From Planctomycetota bacterium (GTDB lineage: Bacteria; Planctomycetota; UBA8108; SXIK01), in contig OZ244999.1 of NCBI GenBank assembly GCA_965223265.1, positions 2,336,001 to 2,400,000 of the forward strand: a DNA stretch of 64,000 nt. Reading direction: 5' to 3'. Position 1 is the first letter of the stretch; each line of letters begins with the position of its first letter. Position numbers and translations under genes: made by a program. Positions 10,727 through 20,393 of this stretch are shown in pieces. Under the pieces are notes generated by a model. It was not told the origin of the DNA. It saw only the letters and a list, made by a program, of their open reading frames with translations, and did no database searches.

Positions 10727-10865
10727 AACTCACAGCCACGCTTCCGCTTACCTCCGGAACGGCGCAGAGGAGTGTGCCTGCTACTATAGAGACGTCGCCA
10801 ACTCGATCTTCAAAGTAGCAGGCACACTCCGTGTGCCGTTCCGGACGGGATAGTGGACTGTGAGT
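10727..10865. repeat. GTAG-type REP doublet (REPIN-like) between convergent genes
   Basis: Inverted arms 10753-10785 and 10814-10845 (AGTAGCAGGCACACTCCGTGTGCCGTTCCGGA), plus an outer pairing ACTCACAG.CCAC / GTGGACTGTGAGT. Confidence 0.8.
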
Positions 10866-10917
10866 GTGAGTTTCGACGGCACGTTCTAAACCGATTCAGC
10901 TCGCGATGGCATGTGGC

Positions 10918-13900
10918 TCACTGACTTCCTTCTCGAGCTCGACGAAGTTGCGCCTCTTTTTTCTGCAGGCCGTCGTAGGCCGATTCGTAGGTGCCCTGTG
11001 CGTCGTTGTCATTGGCAAGTACAAAGATGGAAGCATCGTGTAGGTCGCCGACGGTCAGGGTTGCCTTATTCTTCTCCAGTGAGAATTTTGTTGGCGAGAC
11101 GCCGTCACCCCTCATCCGGAGCGCTGCTCTAGGCGTGATCCACGCTGGAAGCTTGACTTCGATCTCGACGTCGCGCTTGTCGGCGAAGGCGTAAGCATCG
11201 TCGCGAATCTGATAGTCGAGATTCGAAACGCAAAGAATGACTTTGTCCCAAGCGAGAAGAGTCGCGACGTCGACCTTCTCTGGCGCTGCAGTTCTCAGGC
11301 GAGCGGGTTCGCTCGACATCAAATCCTCTTTGAGGACGTGCATGATGCGGTTCCAGTCGACCGCGGTTTTCAAGAGGGACGGGTACTCTTCGGCAACTTG
11401 TTTCTTCCAAGTGAACCACAGGATTCCCTTGGCGCCGCGCCCGAGGTTCTGGACAAGCTGCACCGAGAGTTCCTCGCTCGTTGGCGTGCCGCGTTTTGGT
11501 CGCTGCGTCCAGTGATGGATTCCCTGCGACCATACGACGGTCGGTTTGGGTTCGGAAGCATATTTGAGATCACGGGTGTAGTACCCCGTCTCTTCGAGGC
11601 GTCCACCGTACTCGTGTTCCCAAACGGCCGCCGTGGGCGCGGTCACACAGTAGTGATCCATGCAGGGGACGTCGACGATGGGGGCGAACTCCATGAACTT
11701 GACGTTGCGACAAAGCGTGACGAAGATCGGTTTCGTGCTGTCGATGGCCTTCACTGCGTCAGCAAGTGAGAGGATCTCTTGAGAGTGAGATGACCAGTCG
11801 GGCTCGTCGCGTAGCATCCAGGCGAAGACCGCCGGGTGCCCCGACAGGCTTTTGAGACGCTCGACATTCTCTGGCCAGTGTCCCACGTCCACGAGCGAGC
11901 GCAGGCCGTACTGCTGAGATGCCCCACCGAAGAACTCGTCTCCGCGCCGTCCGCCTTTGACGCCGGTGTCAATGTGGCTGTCCGCGAGAAACTCGTAGTT
12001 CTCCTTGTCCATGCCCCACGTGCCGACGGGAAACTTGTCGGCATAGGCCCGTCGGTGAGCGTAGAGGCTTCGAGTCTCACCGTTCTCGCGCAGAGTGACT
12101 TTGAGCAGCAACAGCGTCGACGGTTGGACAGGTTCCGCGAGCCTCACGCGCGCGATCGCATGTCCAGGTCCCGAGACGCTCTGGCCGCGCCATGTTACGT
12201 CTGCGACGCTCGCCCCCTCGAGAGCAATGTCGGTGAACTCCACGGCGCCGTTGCCCTCATGGCGCAAGTGGACTTCGAGCCGATCCATACTCGGCAGGAC
12301 CCGCAGGTAAGACACGTTGACCGAGTCGGCCTGGAGTCTGCCTGAATAGCGCATTGCGGGCTCCCAAGTGCCATCGACGAGAGAGAAACGGAAGTCGGTG
12401 CCAGCTTGGAAGTCGGTTGAAATGCCGTTGATCTCGATGACCGTCATCGCACCGGGCTTGAGATGCGTCGCGAGCGTGCGATCCCAGGCGATGAGATTTC
12501 CCTGCAGCCAGTGCGTGCGGTCTTTGCCTTGGTACTGCCAGTAGCGGATCCTGCGGTCCGCGGCGCTGGTGTTTTTGACGTACAAATAGACAAGGCCGCC
12601 CCGATTCGGGAGTTCACGTTCGATCTCGACGACCTGCTCGGTCTCCCATTTTGCCGGGCGGTAGTGGACGTACTCGACGCGAAATGATTCGGTTGCGAGC
12701 GGCACCGGCTCGGCCGCCGCGACCTTCGCGTCGGGGGAGGCGGCACGTACAGGCTGCGCCAGGCACTCATTGAGCACGTTGCCGTACGGCTGCATGAGAA
12801 CGAAATCGTCCATGGTGTAGCGCGCCACCACCTTGAGAAGACTCTCCAAGGAGTCGCGGTGGATGTTCGGCGTCACCGGCCACTCTTTGGCGTACTGGTA
12901 GAGGCCCCAAATCGTTCCTTCGTTGTCATCGTCGACGTACTTCCATGTCCACGGAGACCAGTGGAATCCGTGTCGGTTGAACATCGTGAGAAACGTTCGC
13001 ATGCCCTCGATGTCGTTGGGATGGTCGCCCATGGTGCTGAACTCGCCGAAGTAGATCGGTACGTCATGGCGGTCCTGCACCAGACGGGCGAGACGGAGCA
13101 CTTCTTGCGAGCGTTTGTCGTGGTCAGCGAGGCCTTTCTCGTCGGAGAAGAGAGGGTCGGCGCCTGAGTAGAAATGGATCGAGTAGATGAGATTCTCCCA
13201 ACCCATCTTGCGTGGGCTCGGGAAGAAGCCCTTCTTCGTCCAGCGCGGGAACTCCAGTTTGTAGCCGTCTTCCATGACGACGATCTTGTCCGGATCCACT
13301 TCGCGTATAGCGTCGTAGAGGAGATCATGTGCTTCGGCCCAGTTGTCCGTGTCTGTGGCGCTGAACGGCTCGTTCAAGAGGTCGTACGCCCACACAACGG
13401 GGTTGTCCTTGTAGCGGCGGGCGATCTCTCGCCAGAGTGCGGCGGTTCGCTTTTGGTACTCTTTATTGCGGAAGAATTCGATTTCGCTGAGAGTACCGGT
13501 GTGGTCCCACGGGCTTTGACCGCCGACAGCGCCGTGAAAGTCGAGCATGACGTAGAGTCCGTGCTTTTCGGCCCAGGCGACCGCCTTCGCCAGATATGAA
13601 AAACCATACTCGTGGTAGCGGTAGGGTGCATCATCGGTTTCGAACCAGCGATACCAGAACGGGATACGGATGAAGTTGAACCCGTGCGCTCGCGCGAGTT
13701 GGAAATCGCGTTCCGTAATCCATGTGTCGTGAAACGCGTCCCAGAGTCTCTGCGCTCCGACGTCGCCGAAACGTTGCCTCAAGATCGCGTCCATCTGCTT
13801 CGCGGCGAAGACTGATGGTTCCCGCTCGAAGAGTTCCATGTAGGCCGCATACTTTTCTGCGGGGGCGTGCTTCTGCAGTTCCGTGTTGAGACGCGCGATG

Positions 13901-14232
13901 TAGCTCTGATGCGTTTCTGCCATGGGCGAAAAGGCGCCGCTGTCGTCCTCATCGGGCATGAACTCGCCGATGATTTTCAGGGACTTCTTGAGCTCCTCCA
14001 AAACGCCGGCTTCCTCTGCAAGTCGAGGCAAGTGGTCGTGCCACTCCATCTCAATGCTGGGAATCCAGGTTTCCATGAGCAGCCAACCGCCGAAGTTCAT
14101 GCCACGCATCGACATGATTTTCCCGCTCCTAGTGACGACGTTCCGCCCCTTCACGGTGAGCGGTTCGAGAGCTGTCGTGGTTGGGACAAGGCAAATGCTG
14201 AGGATTAGCGAGCAAGCAAATCGGTGGAACAT
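10918..14232 (-). CDS. Secreted GH5-family glycoside hydrolase fused to a second putative glycoside hydrolase module
   Basis: Signal peptide. RGMNFGGWLLME, FIRIPF, LDFHGAVGGQ, LLNEP (acid/base) and YFGEF (nucleophile) indicate GH5. The C-terminal half has WMLRDEPD and MDHY, typical of clan GH-A-like barrels. Confidence 0.85.
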   Translation of the reverse strand: MFHRFACSLILSICLVPTTTALEPLTVKGRNVVTRSGKIMSMRGMNFGGWLLMETWIPSIEMEWHDHLPRLAEEAGVLEELKKSLKIIGEFMPDEDDSGAFSPMAETHQSYIARLNTELQKHAPAEKYAAYMELFEREPSVFAAKQMDAILRQRFGDVGAQRLWDAFHDTWITERDFQLARAHGFNFIRIPFWYRWFETDDAPYRYHEYGFSYLAKAVAWAEKHGLYVMLDFHGAVGGQSPWDHTGTLSEIEFFRNKEYQKRTAALWREIARRYKDNPVVWAYDLLNEPFSATDTDNWAEAHDLLYDAIREVDPDKIVVMEDGYKLEFPRWTKKGFFPSPRKMGWENLIYSIHFYSGADPLFSDEKGLADHDKRSQEVLRLARLVQDRHDVPIYFGEFSTMGDHPNDIEGMRTFLTMFNRHGFHWSPWTWKYVDDDNEGTIWGLYQYAKEWPVTPNIHRDSLESLLKVVARYTMDDFVLMQPYGNVLNECLAQPVRAASPDAKVAAAEPVPLATESFRVEYVHYRPAKWETEQVVEIERELPNRGGLVYLYVKNTSAADRRIRYWQYQGKDRTHWLQGNLIAWDRTLATHLKPGAMTVIEINGISTDFQAGTDFRFSLVDGTWEPAMRYSGRLQADSVNVSYLRVLPSMDRLEVHLRHEGNGAVEFTDIALEGASVADVTWRGQSVSGPGHAIARVRLAEPVQPSTLLLLKVTLRENGETRSLYAHRRAYADKFPVGTWGMDKENYEFLADSHIDTGVKGGRRGDEFFGGASQQYGLRSLVDVGHWPENVERLKSLSGHPAVFAWMLRDEPDWSSHSQEILSLADAVKAIDSTKPIFVTLCRNVKFMEFAPIVDVPCMDHYCVTAPTAAVWEHEYGGRLEETGYYTRDLKYASEPKPTVVWSQGIHHWTQRPKRGTPTSEELSVQLVQNLGRGAKGILWFTWKKQVAEEYPSLLKTAVDWNRIMHVLKEDLMSSEPARLRTAAPEKVDVATLLAWDKVILCVSNLDYQIRDDAYAFADKRDVEIEVKLPAWITPRAALRMRGDGVSPTKFSLEKNKATLTVGDLHDASIFVLANDNDAQGTYESAYDGLQKKEAQLRRAREGSQ

Positions 14233-14532
14233 AGCGCTTCGAAAACGGGGAATGGCGAGGAAGGTATGGCTTGACGGTATAGGGTGCGGCGAGGCTCGAC
14301 TCGCATTGAGCCTTTCATGAGCCAAGGTCGATGCGCCCTTCGCGCAAGGTCGCGCATGAGCCGACGAAATGCCCGGAGATTGTACCAAAAAGAGCGAAGG
14401 CGGATCGATCGTGTCGTCGAGCGTCCTGGCTCGACGTTAGCCTTGGATCGCACGGAAGAAGGTGGTAGGTTTCTGGACAAGGATGACTCTGCGTCGTCAG
14501 CGGGCGGTCCGTCTGCCGGCTCGAGTCTTAAC

Positions 14533-14707
14533 CAGCCCGCCTGAAAAAGTCATTCGGCCGAGGAAACTGGCCTCTTCGCGCCCAGACGGGCCGCGTCAAT
14601 ACTCGCCATCAGAGTCGAAGAAGAGGGCCCGAAGATTGCCTGGTTTGCCGCGGCCGATCTGGACGCGAAGAGGCCAGTTTTCGGCTCGAAGCACTTCAGG
14701 CGGGCTG
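14533..14707 (+). mobile_element. MITE, divergent copy 3 (175 bp)
   Basis: Body homologous to 817-975; TIRs CAGCCCGCCTGAA / TTCAGGCGGGCTG; flanked by TTAAC on both sides. Confidence 0.85.
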
Positions 14708-14745
14708 TTAACTCCAATTCGCGCAGTGCGCACAACTAGCGGAGA

Positions 14746-15597
14746 ATGAATCATGACGAACTCGGTTCCGAAACAGTACGCATCGAGAGGACTCTAACTC
14801 ACATTCAACGACTTGATCGCAGCCGGCACTACCGCGACGAACGGGGCCTCTTCTTTGTCGAAGGCGTTCGCAACTTTGTCGCCGCCGTCGACAATGCCTG
14901 CCGGTTTGCCACCGTTCTTTATAGCGACAAACTTCTGACCAGCGGCGTGGCTCGCAAGTTGGTACGACGACTACGCCGCCACGGTGTCTCCACTGTCCGC
15001 GTCTCTCCTGAACAGTTCCGTGCCGTGTCTCGGGCACAGCAAGCTTCGGGCGTCGGAGCTGTCCTTCGACAACGCGTCCAGCGACTTTGCGACGTGCGTC
15101 CTGCTTCGGGGCTTGTCTGGGTCGTGCTCCGCCATTTACGCTCGCCAGGCAATTTTGGTTGTCTCATTCGGACCTCTGGAGCCGTGAATGGCGCCGGCTT
15201 CCTCCTGCTCGACAGCGGTCTCGATCCGTTCGATCCCGTCGTGATCCGCAGCTCCATGGGTGTTTTTTTTCGGCAGCGGTTTGTCCGCGCCAGTGCTCTC
15301 GAGTTGCGGCGTTGGGTGCTGTGCCACAGGCTGCAGGTCATCGGCGCGACGCCGGAAGCGAAGAGAGCCTACGACGAAATCTGCTATCGGACTCCGTCGT
15401 TGCTCGTGCTCGGCGACGAGCGTAGCGGTCTTGATCCGACTCAGCGGCAGCTGTGCGACGAGCTGGTCCGCATACCGATGGCGACCGGTCAGGACTCGCT
15501 CAACGTGTCAGTGGCCGGCGCGCTTCTCATGTATGAGGTTTTGCGTGCGTCGAAAGGATCGGAGATGAATGCAGAAACTCCGTTCGATAGCATCTAA
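14746..15597 (+). CDS. TrmH/SpoU family RNA 2'-O-methyltransferase
   Basis: FFVEG, PGNFGCLIRT, LVLGDERSGL and IPM..DSLNVSVA SPOUT motifs. Confidence 0.92.
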   Translation: MNHDELGSETVRIERTLTHIQRLDRSRHYRDERGLFFVEGVRNFVAAVDNACRFATVLYSDKLLTSGVARKLVRRLRRHGVSTVRVSPEQFRAVSRAQQASGVGAVLRQRVQRLCDVRPASGLVWVVLRHLRSPGNFGCLIRTSGAVNGAGFLLLDSGLDPFDPVVIRSSMGVFFRQRFVRASALELRRWVLCHRLQVIGATPEAKRAYDEICYRTPSLLVLGDERSGLDPTQRQLCDELVRIPMATGQDSLNVSVAGALLMYEVLRASKGSEMNAETPFDSI

Positions 15598-15761
15598 GGC
15601 ATCGCTAGGCATCGCTAATTCGTCTCTGCGGCGGTTGGCGTGGAAGAGCCGACGCCGATTGCGTGTGCGTGAGCGTCGGAGGGGCGCTTCTTCATTCGGC
15701 GGAACAGCCGTGGGTCCGCGTCGACGGTGCAGACGGCTAGCGGATCGCCGGAAGGCAACGC

Positions 15762-16514
15762 TCATGACCGGCCGCGTTCCTGCGACGGTCCGTGAGCCTC
15801 CGCACGTGACGACTCTACACCCGAAGTGATATGAAGCCCGACGAGCCGCGCCACCAGAATCGTGAGGTACGCTTGGCCTACGATCGCCTCCCACATCGTG
15901 AGCGTCCGCGCCGCTGGGGTCAGAGGCGTGACGTCACCAAATCCCAGTGTCGTGAGTGTCACGAAGCTGTAGTAGAACAACACCGAAGAGCGGCTGTATT
16001 GATAGTTCTCGTCTGCGACTGCAGGCAAAAGCCCGTCTGCGAAGCGAAACGACTCTGGTATCTGCGTCTCGATCGCCGCGTACGTGAAACCCCAGACGAG
16101 ACCAAGGAGCAAAAAGACGCACAGCGCGCCGCACAGTCGGTCCGTTGTCACCTGCCTGCCGCGGAACACGCTCTGCAGCACAAAGACGACGACGACAACG
16201 AGAAACGCGCCCATGATGTAGTACCGAAAAGCGCCGAAGTCGGCAGACCCGAGAAAGCCGACGTGAGGGAGCGCGAGGACGACCCAGAACGAGAGAAACG
16301 CGGGGATTCCGAGAACGATTCCGAAGGTGAGGCCTACTTTCGAGCGACGAACGGCGAAGAGGCTCGCAAGAAGAACCACGCCGAATGCAATGTGGAATGC
16401 GAGCCGGGCGTCCGCCCACCGCTCCGCAACCGGGTGAGCTAGAATCAGCAGAGACAGGGCCACTAGCAGGAGAGAGAAACGGTGGTTGCTGAGTCGATCC
16501 AGTGGGCTCGGCAC
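15762..16514 (-). CDS. Potassium channel family protein (pore domain plus extra TM helices)
   Basis: Several TM segments; pore and selectivity filter YYSFVTLTTLGFGDVTP. Confidence 0.88.
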   Translation of the reverse strand: MPSPLDRLSNHRFSLLLVALSLLILAHPVAERWADARLAFHIAFGVVLLASLFAVRRSKVGLTFGIVLGIPAFLSFWVVLALPHVGFLGSADFGAFRYYIMGAFLVVVVVFVLQSVFRGRQVTTDRLCGALCVFLLLGLVWGFTYAAIETQIPESFRFADGLLPAVADENYQYSRSSVLFYYSFVTLTTLGFGDVTPLTPAARTLTMWEAIVGQAYLTILVARLVGLHITSGVESSRAEAHGPSQERGRS

Positions 16515-16633
16515 AATTCACCTCGTGTTGTCGGGGTGCCGTGGTTTCTATTGTCCGAAGATCTACCGGACGTCGATGCCGACGCCGACGGTCTCGACCG
16601 ACTCGGCTGCGGAGTTGACGCCCTCACAGCTTC

Positions 16634-17563
16634 TTAGTTCTCATCTGGCGACTGGCGATCGGCGCCGCGGTCGGCTGCTTTCGCTGCAATCAAGTCTCTA
16701 AGCAGGGGGGTGTCGCCACCCCTGGGGACGAGCGTCAATTCAGCGTCCGACTCGAGTAGTTTGTTGACTTCGAGGACGCGGAGGAGCGCTTGGACAGTTC
16801 CCGGTTCTTCCGAAATCTCTCGAAATGCTTCGCCGACAATCTGCGGACGAATCGCCGCGGCGCGGGCGAGTTCCACCGCTGCCTCTTTCTCGGCCTTGCT
16901 ATCGATGATGTTCACCTGGTTGTCGCCTGCTTGGCGAATAGCTGACGTCACCTGCCGCAAACGGTTGACGACCTTCTGCTCGATCTGCGCGATCATTTCG
17001 TCGTCTCGAAAGTGAACTTTGCGAATGTAAACCGATCCGAGGCGATAGCCCCAAGCCTCCGCTGCTGGAGATACTTCAGCTCGGACCGCTCGACTCATAC
17101 TATGGCGATCTTCGAGCATTTTGCCGAGGGGAAGGTTACTGAGTTCGCGCACAGCTGCATTGGCGACGTTCGCCCGCAGAGATCCAGCGGGATCTGTGTT
17201 TTCGAACAGAAACGAGACGGGATCGCCTACGCGCATTTCGTACCAGACACCGATGCCCATCGGCGTACCCTCTTCGGTGTTCACGGGCTGGCTGCGAAGA
17301 TACGTCTGGTCGAGGCGTAGATCGACGTCGTAGACGTTGCCGAAAAAGCGCACCAGAAGAGCTTTCGGTCCGAATGCACCGATCGGAAAGCAAATTCCAG
17401 GTTGATCAAGAACGCCGACAACCTTTCCAAACAGCAGATAGACTCGGCCGCGGCACTCATCGATCGTCGTGTAGATGCAGAAAAAGCGAGCGATCGCCGA
17501 GAGAATAGGGACACCGACGAGGAGGGCAACGAACACCCAAAATGCTGTCTGAGTGACGCTCAT
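16634..17563 (-). CDS. SPFH/band-7 domain protein
   Basis: N-terminal TM, LFGK..GVLDQPG, VDLRL, WGYRLGSVYIRKV and a C-terminal Ala/Glu-rich coiled coil. Confidence 0.85.
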   Translation of the reverse strand: MSVTQTAFWVFVALLVGVPILSAIARFFCIYTTIDECRGRVYLLFGKVVGVLDQPGICFPIGAFGPKALLVRFFGNVYDVDLRLDQTYLRSQPVNTEEGTPMGIGVWYEMRVGDPVSFLFENTDPAGSLRANVANAAVRELSNLPLGKMLEDRHSMSRAVRAEVSPAAEAWGYRLGSVYIRKVHFRDDEMIAQIEQKVVNRLRQVTSAIRQAGDNQVNIIDSKAEKEAAVELARAAAIRPQIVGEAFREISEEPGTVQALLRVLEVNKLLESDAELTLVPRGGDTPLLRDLIAAKAADRGADRQSPDEN

Positions 17564-18560
17564 GACTGCACCTCTCCGATTATGCGCTGCGCTCGCGGCA
17601 GTAGGTCGATCTCGACCTTGCGAAGATACGCGTCGAGTGCCACGTCGCCGTTTTTCTTGAGGAGAGCGAGCTGTTCCGCCATTCTGAGCAGTGGCTGAAC
17701 TTCCGCCTCGGCGCGCATTGTCTCAATTTCGACTGCACGCTTTGACTGCTCGATTTTTTGATCTGCGACGGCACGGGCGGCGCTGATTTCTGCAGAAACT
17801 TCGTTGTGCGCGGTGGTGATCGCCGCCAACGCGGACTCGATTTCGTCCGGTGGATCCATTCCAGTGATCAACGATGCATCGAGAACGATGCCGTAGCGTG
17901 CCGCTGAGGATGAGCACTCTCGATCCATGTCAATATTGAGCTGGTTGAGATTCTTGCGCAGATCATTGATCGAGATGCCTTCGATCTCGAGGGAGTCGGA
18001 AACGACGTCAGGCAACTCTTGCTCCGCCTTCTCACCCTGCGGGCTGCGAAAAATGGCGATGCGCTCCCGCAAGATCGAAACAAAGTAGCCCATGACGTGA
18101 GCGATCGGTCGGTGGACCCCAAAAAGGTATGCGTAGAGGTTGTCCTCACTCACCTTGAATCGCAGTTGCCCGCGAACGCCAATGTTCAGCTGATCCTTCG
18201 TGACGGCGTCCAAGATCGTGTTGTTGTGATTAGCCTCTGGCGCCTCCGGTCGAATGCTGCATTGACGGTCTGAATCGCCACGTTCACTCGGTGAACTTTC
18301 TGCCAAGGCCATTTCAGATAAGGACCGCCGGGGCCGATGGTACGCAGCTGTGGATAGGAGTAACGTTCCCGCTGATCGTCGTTCAGGTTGTGAGCTATGG
18401 GTAGATCCAGCGTCGTTTTACTGCCGACTCTCTGGGCGCGCCCGAAGCTCGTGAGGACGACTCGTTCGTTCTGCTGCACGGTGAAAAACCCTGTCAGCAC
18501 GACGCGAACGAAGAAGTAGGCGGACAGCCCGATGACGGCGCCGAAAACGAGTTCTTGCAT
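17560..18560 (-). pseudogene. SPFH/band-7 domain protein, frameshifted near 18250
   Basis: ORFs 18186-18560 (TM, FFTVQQNERVVLTSFG, PGGPYLKWPWQKV) and 17560-18312 (AVTKDQL, RYGIVL) join as ...AFD-PEAPEAN if one C is added. This could be a real mutation or a sequencing error. Confidence 0.75.
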
Positions 18561-18894
18561 GTTTGATCCTTGAGAAGATTACGGACTTCGATAGGGCATG
18601 CTGACGAAAGCGTGAGCTACCGTCTACAGTCAGAACAGTCGGGCACGGCACGCGGCAGCATGGTCTCTCCTCAGCCTGTATTCTTCAACAAGTTTGCCTC
18701 CGTTAATCGACTCTGTTCAGATGCACTACGCGTCGCGATGAGCTTCAAGGTGAGTCTACGTGAAGAGCTCATGGAATCCACACAAGCGCGCGAGTCTTCA
18801 TGCAATCTTTACGTTGCTCTGCGACCAGATGGTCAATTGGACGTCGCGCAAAGAGATTCGCCACTGCCGCGTGAAATCTACTGGACACCGACCG

Positions 18895-19140
18895 TATTGT
18901 TGCGAAAGAGACGCGGTTCAGGCGCTATGGGCGATTGCTTGTGCGTGCGTGATCGCGATCGCGATTGCGTGGGCGCACCGGGCACTTTGCATCTGACTCC
19001 GCATCTGTATGTGACTCTGCATCTGACTCTCCGGTGCGTCGTCCAGTCTTGAGAGCGTGAGCGCATGCGTGCAAAGCAGCAGTCACGCGTGCCGTCGTTC
19101 GGAGTCAATAGCGGAGTGCGGTTGCGTGCGTGCAGGACGC
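18895..19140 (-). repeat. Modular mosaic repeat, copy 2 (inverted)
   Basis: Reverse-strand hexamer runs plus CGCGTCTCTTT.GCAA and GCGCCCACGC modules shared with 345-790; 19086-19132 is the inverted counterpart of 20192-20238 (45/47). Confidence 0.7.
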
Positions 19141-19454
19141 GCCTCACGATCCACGGTTCGGTGGATTGAACAGCCGCTCCTGTTTCGTTTCTATGTTGAT
19201 CGCGTGCGATCGTTCCCGTCGTGTTGCTGGCAGGTCTAGCTTTTCTATGACAAGTGAGCTGCGAGCTTGCTCTGCCATTGCCGCGAGGCCTCTAGTTTTT
19301 GGCAGCGGTGGGACTCGTTGACGTCCGGAAGTCGAACGAACCGACGCGAGCAACGTGTACATTATCGCGTGCAGGGGTAGGGGCTGGCGGTGCGTCCGGT
19401 CGATAGGCTGAGAAAGTGTCTTACGTTCTCAGTCCAATTTTACTGGAGGCACCC

Positions 19455-19805
19455 ATGCGTACGTTTTCAGTGATCTGTTTAGCGTTGTTCGTTGGTTCGA
19501 TCGCGTTTGCTGGCGTTGAAGTGCCGAAGATTGCCAAGCGCGGCGATGCAAACGGTGACGACACGGTTGATATTTCAGATCCGATCTTCATTTCGAACTA
19601 TCTGTTCTCAGCCGGTCCGGAGCCCGCATGTCTGAGCCAGGCAGATTCCAACCACGACGGAGACGTCGACAACTCCGATGTCGTCTTTCTGTTGAACTGG
19701 CTTGGTAGCTCCGGGTCTCCACCACCGCCATATCCCGGACCGTACAACGACGAGTGCGTGGATGATCCAGCGCCAAGTCCTGGCTGCGCAAATTCTTGCG
19801 AGTAG
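19455..19805 (+). CDS. Small secreted stand-alone dockerin protein
   Basis: GGAGG RBS, signal peptide, RGDANGDDTVDISD and ADSNHDGDVDNSD Ca-binding loops, Pro/Cys tail. Confidence 0.85.
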   Translation: MRTFSVICLALFVGSIAFAGVEVPKIAKRGDANGDDTVDISDPIFISNYLFSAGPEPACLSQADSNHDGDVDNSDVVFLLNWLGSSGSPPPPYPGPYNDECVDDPAPSPGCANSCE

Positions 19806-20017
19806 TCGCGTTTCCGAGGTCGGCCGTCTGGTAGCCTCTGTGCCTCGGTGGCAGAGACGGTCCTGCGTCGTCCGCTCTCGGCCTGACCTGAATCGGTGTC
19901 GTCGGTACCTTTCGTTCGTTGGGGGCTTGGCGAACCTGCCGTGAGTTTCTTTTCCTCACGCAAGGTCGCCAAGCGCGCAACGAAAGACGCCAGAGGCGCG
20001 ACCGATCGCACGCGGAC

Positions 20018-20370
20018 CCGACAGTTGCATAGGTTTTTCGCAGGAAGGGCTCAGAAACCCTTGTCCAAAGGTCGGATCGGCAGTTGCGGCGCGTCGCGGC
20101 GGAATTCACGTTCGGTGAGGTTTGCCGCTGTGCCGTGTTCGACCAACTCGCACCATCGCTCGAACTGCAACCGCATCGTGACGCGTATCCCCACGCGCGC
20201 AACGGCACTCCGCTATTGACTCCGAACGACGGCACGCGGCAAGCGCACGCGCACGCAGACGGGAAAGGGAACGCAGGGCAGAGATGGGGGGAAAAGACCG
20301 ACGCACACCCACGCGCACGCACTCGCGATCCCGCATGGCTTAGAAGCGCTTCTCTTTTGCGGCAATGGGG
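20018..20370 (+). repeat. Modular mosaic repeat, copy 3
   Basis: Core 20018-20140 is homologous to 445-565. The ACGCACACCCAC and TCTCTTTTGC modules appear in the same order as in copy 1. Confidence 0.75.
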
Positions 20371-20393
20371 GCGGAGGCTATGAATGCACGCGG

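Noticed and set aside
18240-18260. Programmed frameshift in the SPFH gene
   Set aside because: No slippery heptamer is present; a single-base loss by mutation or sequencing error is simpler.
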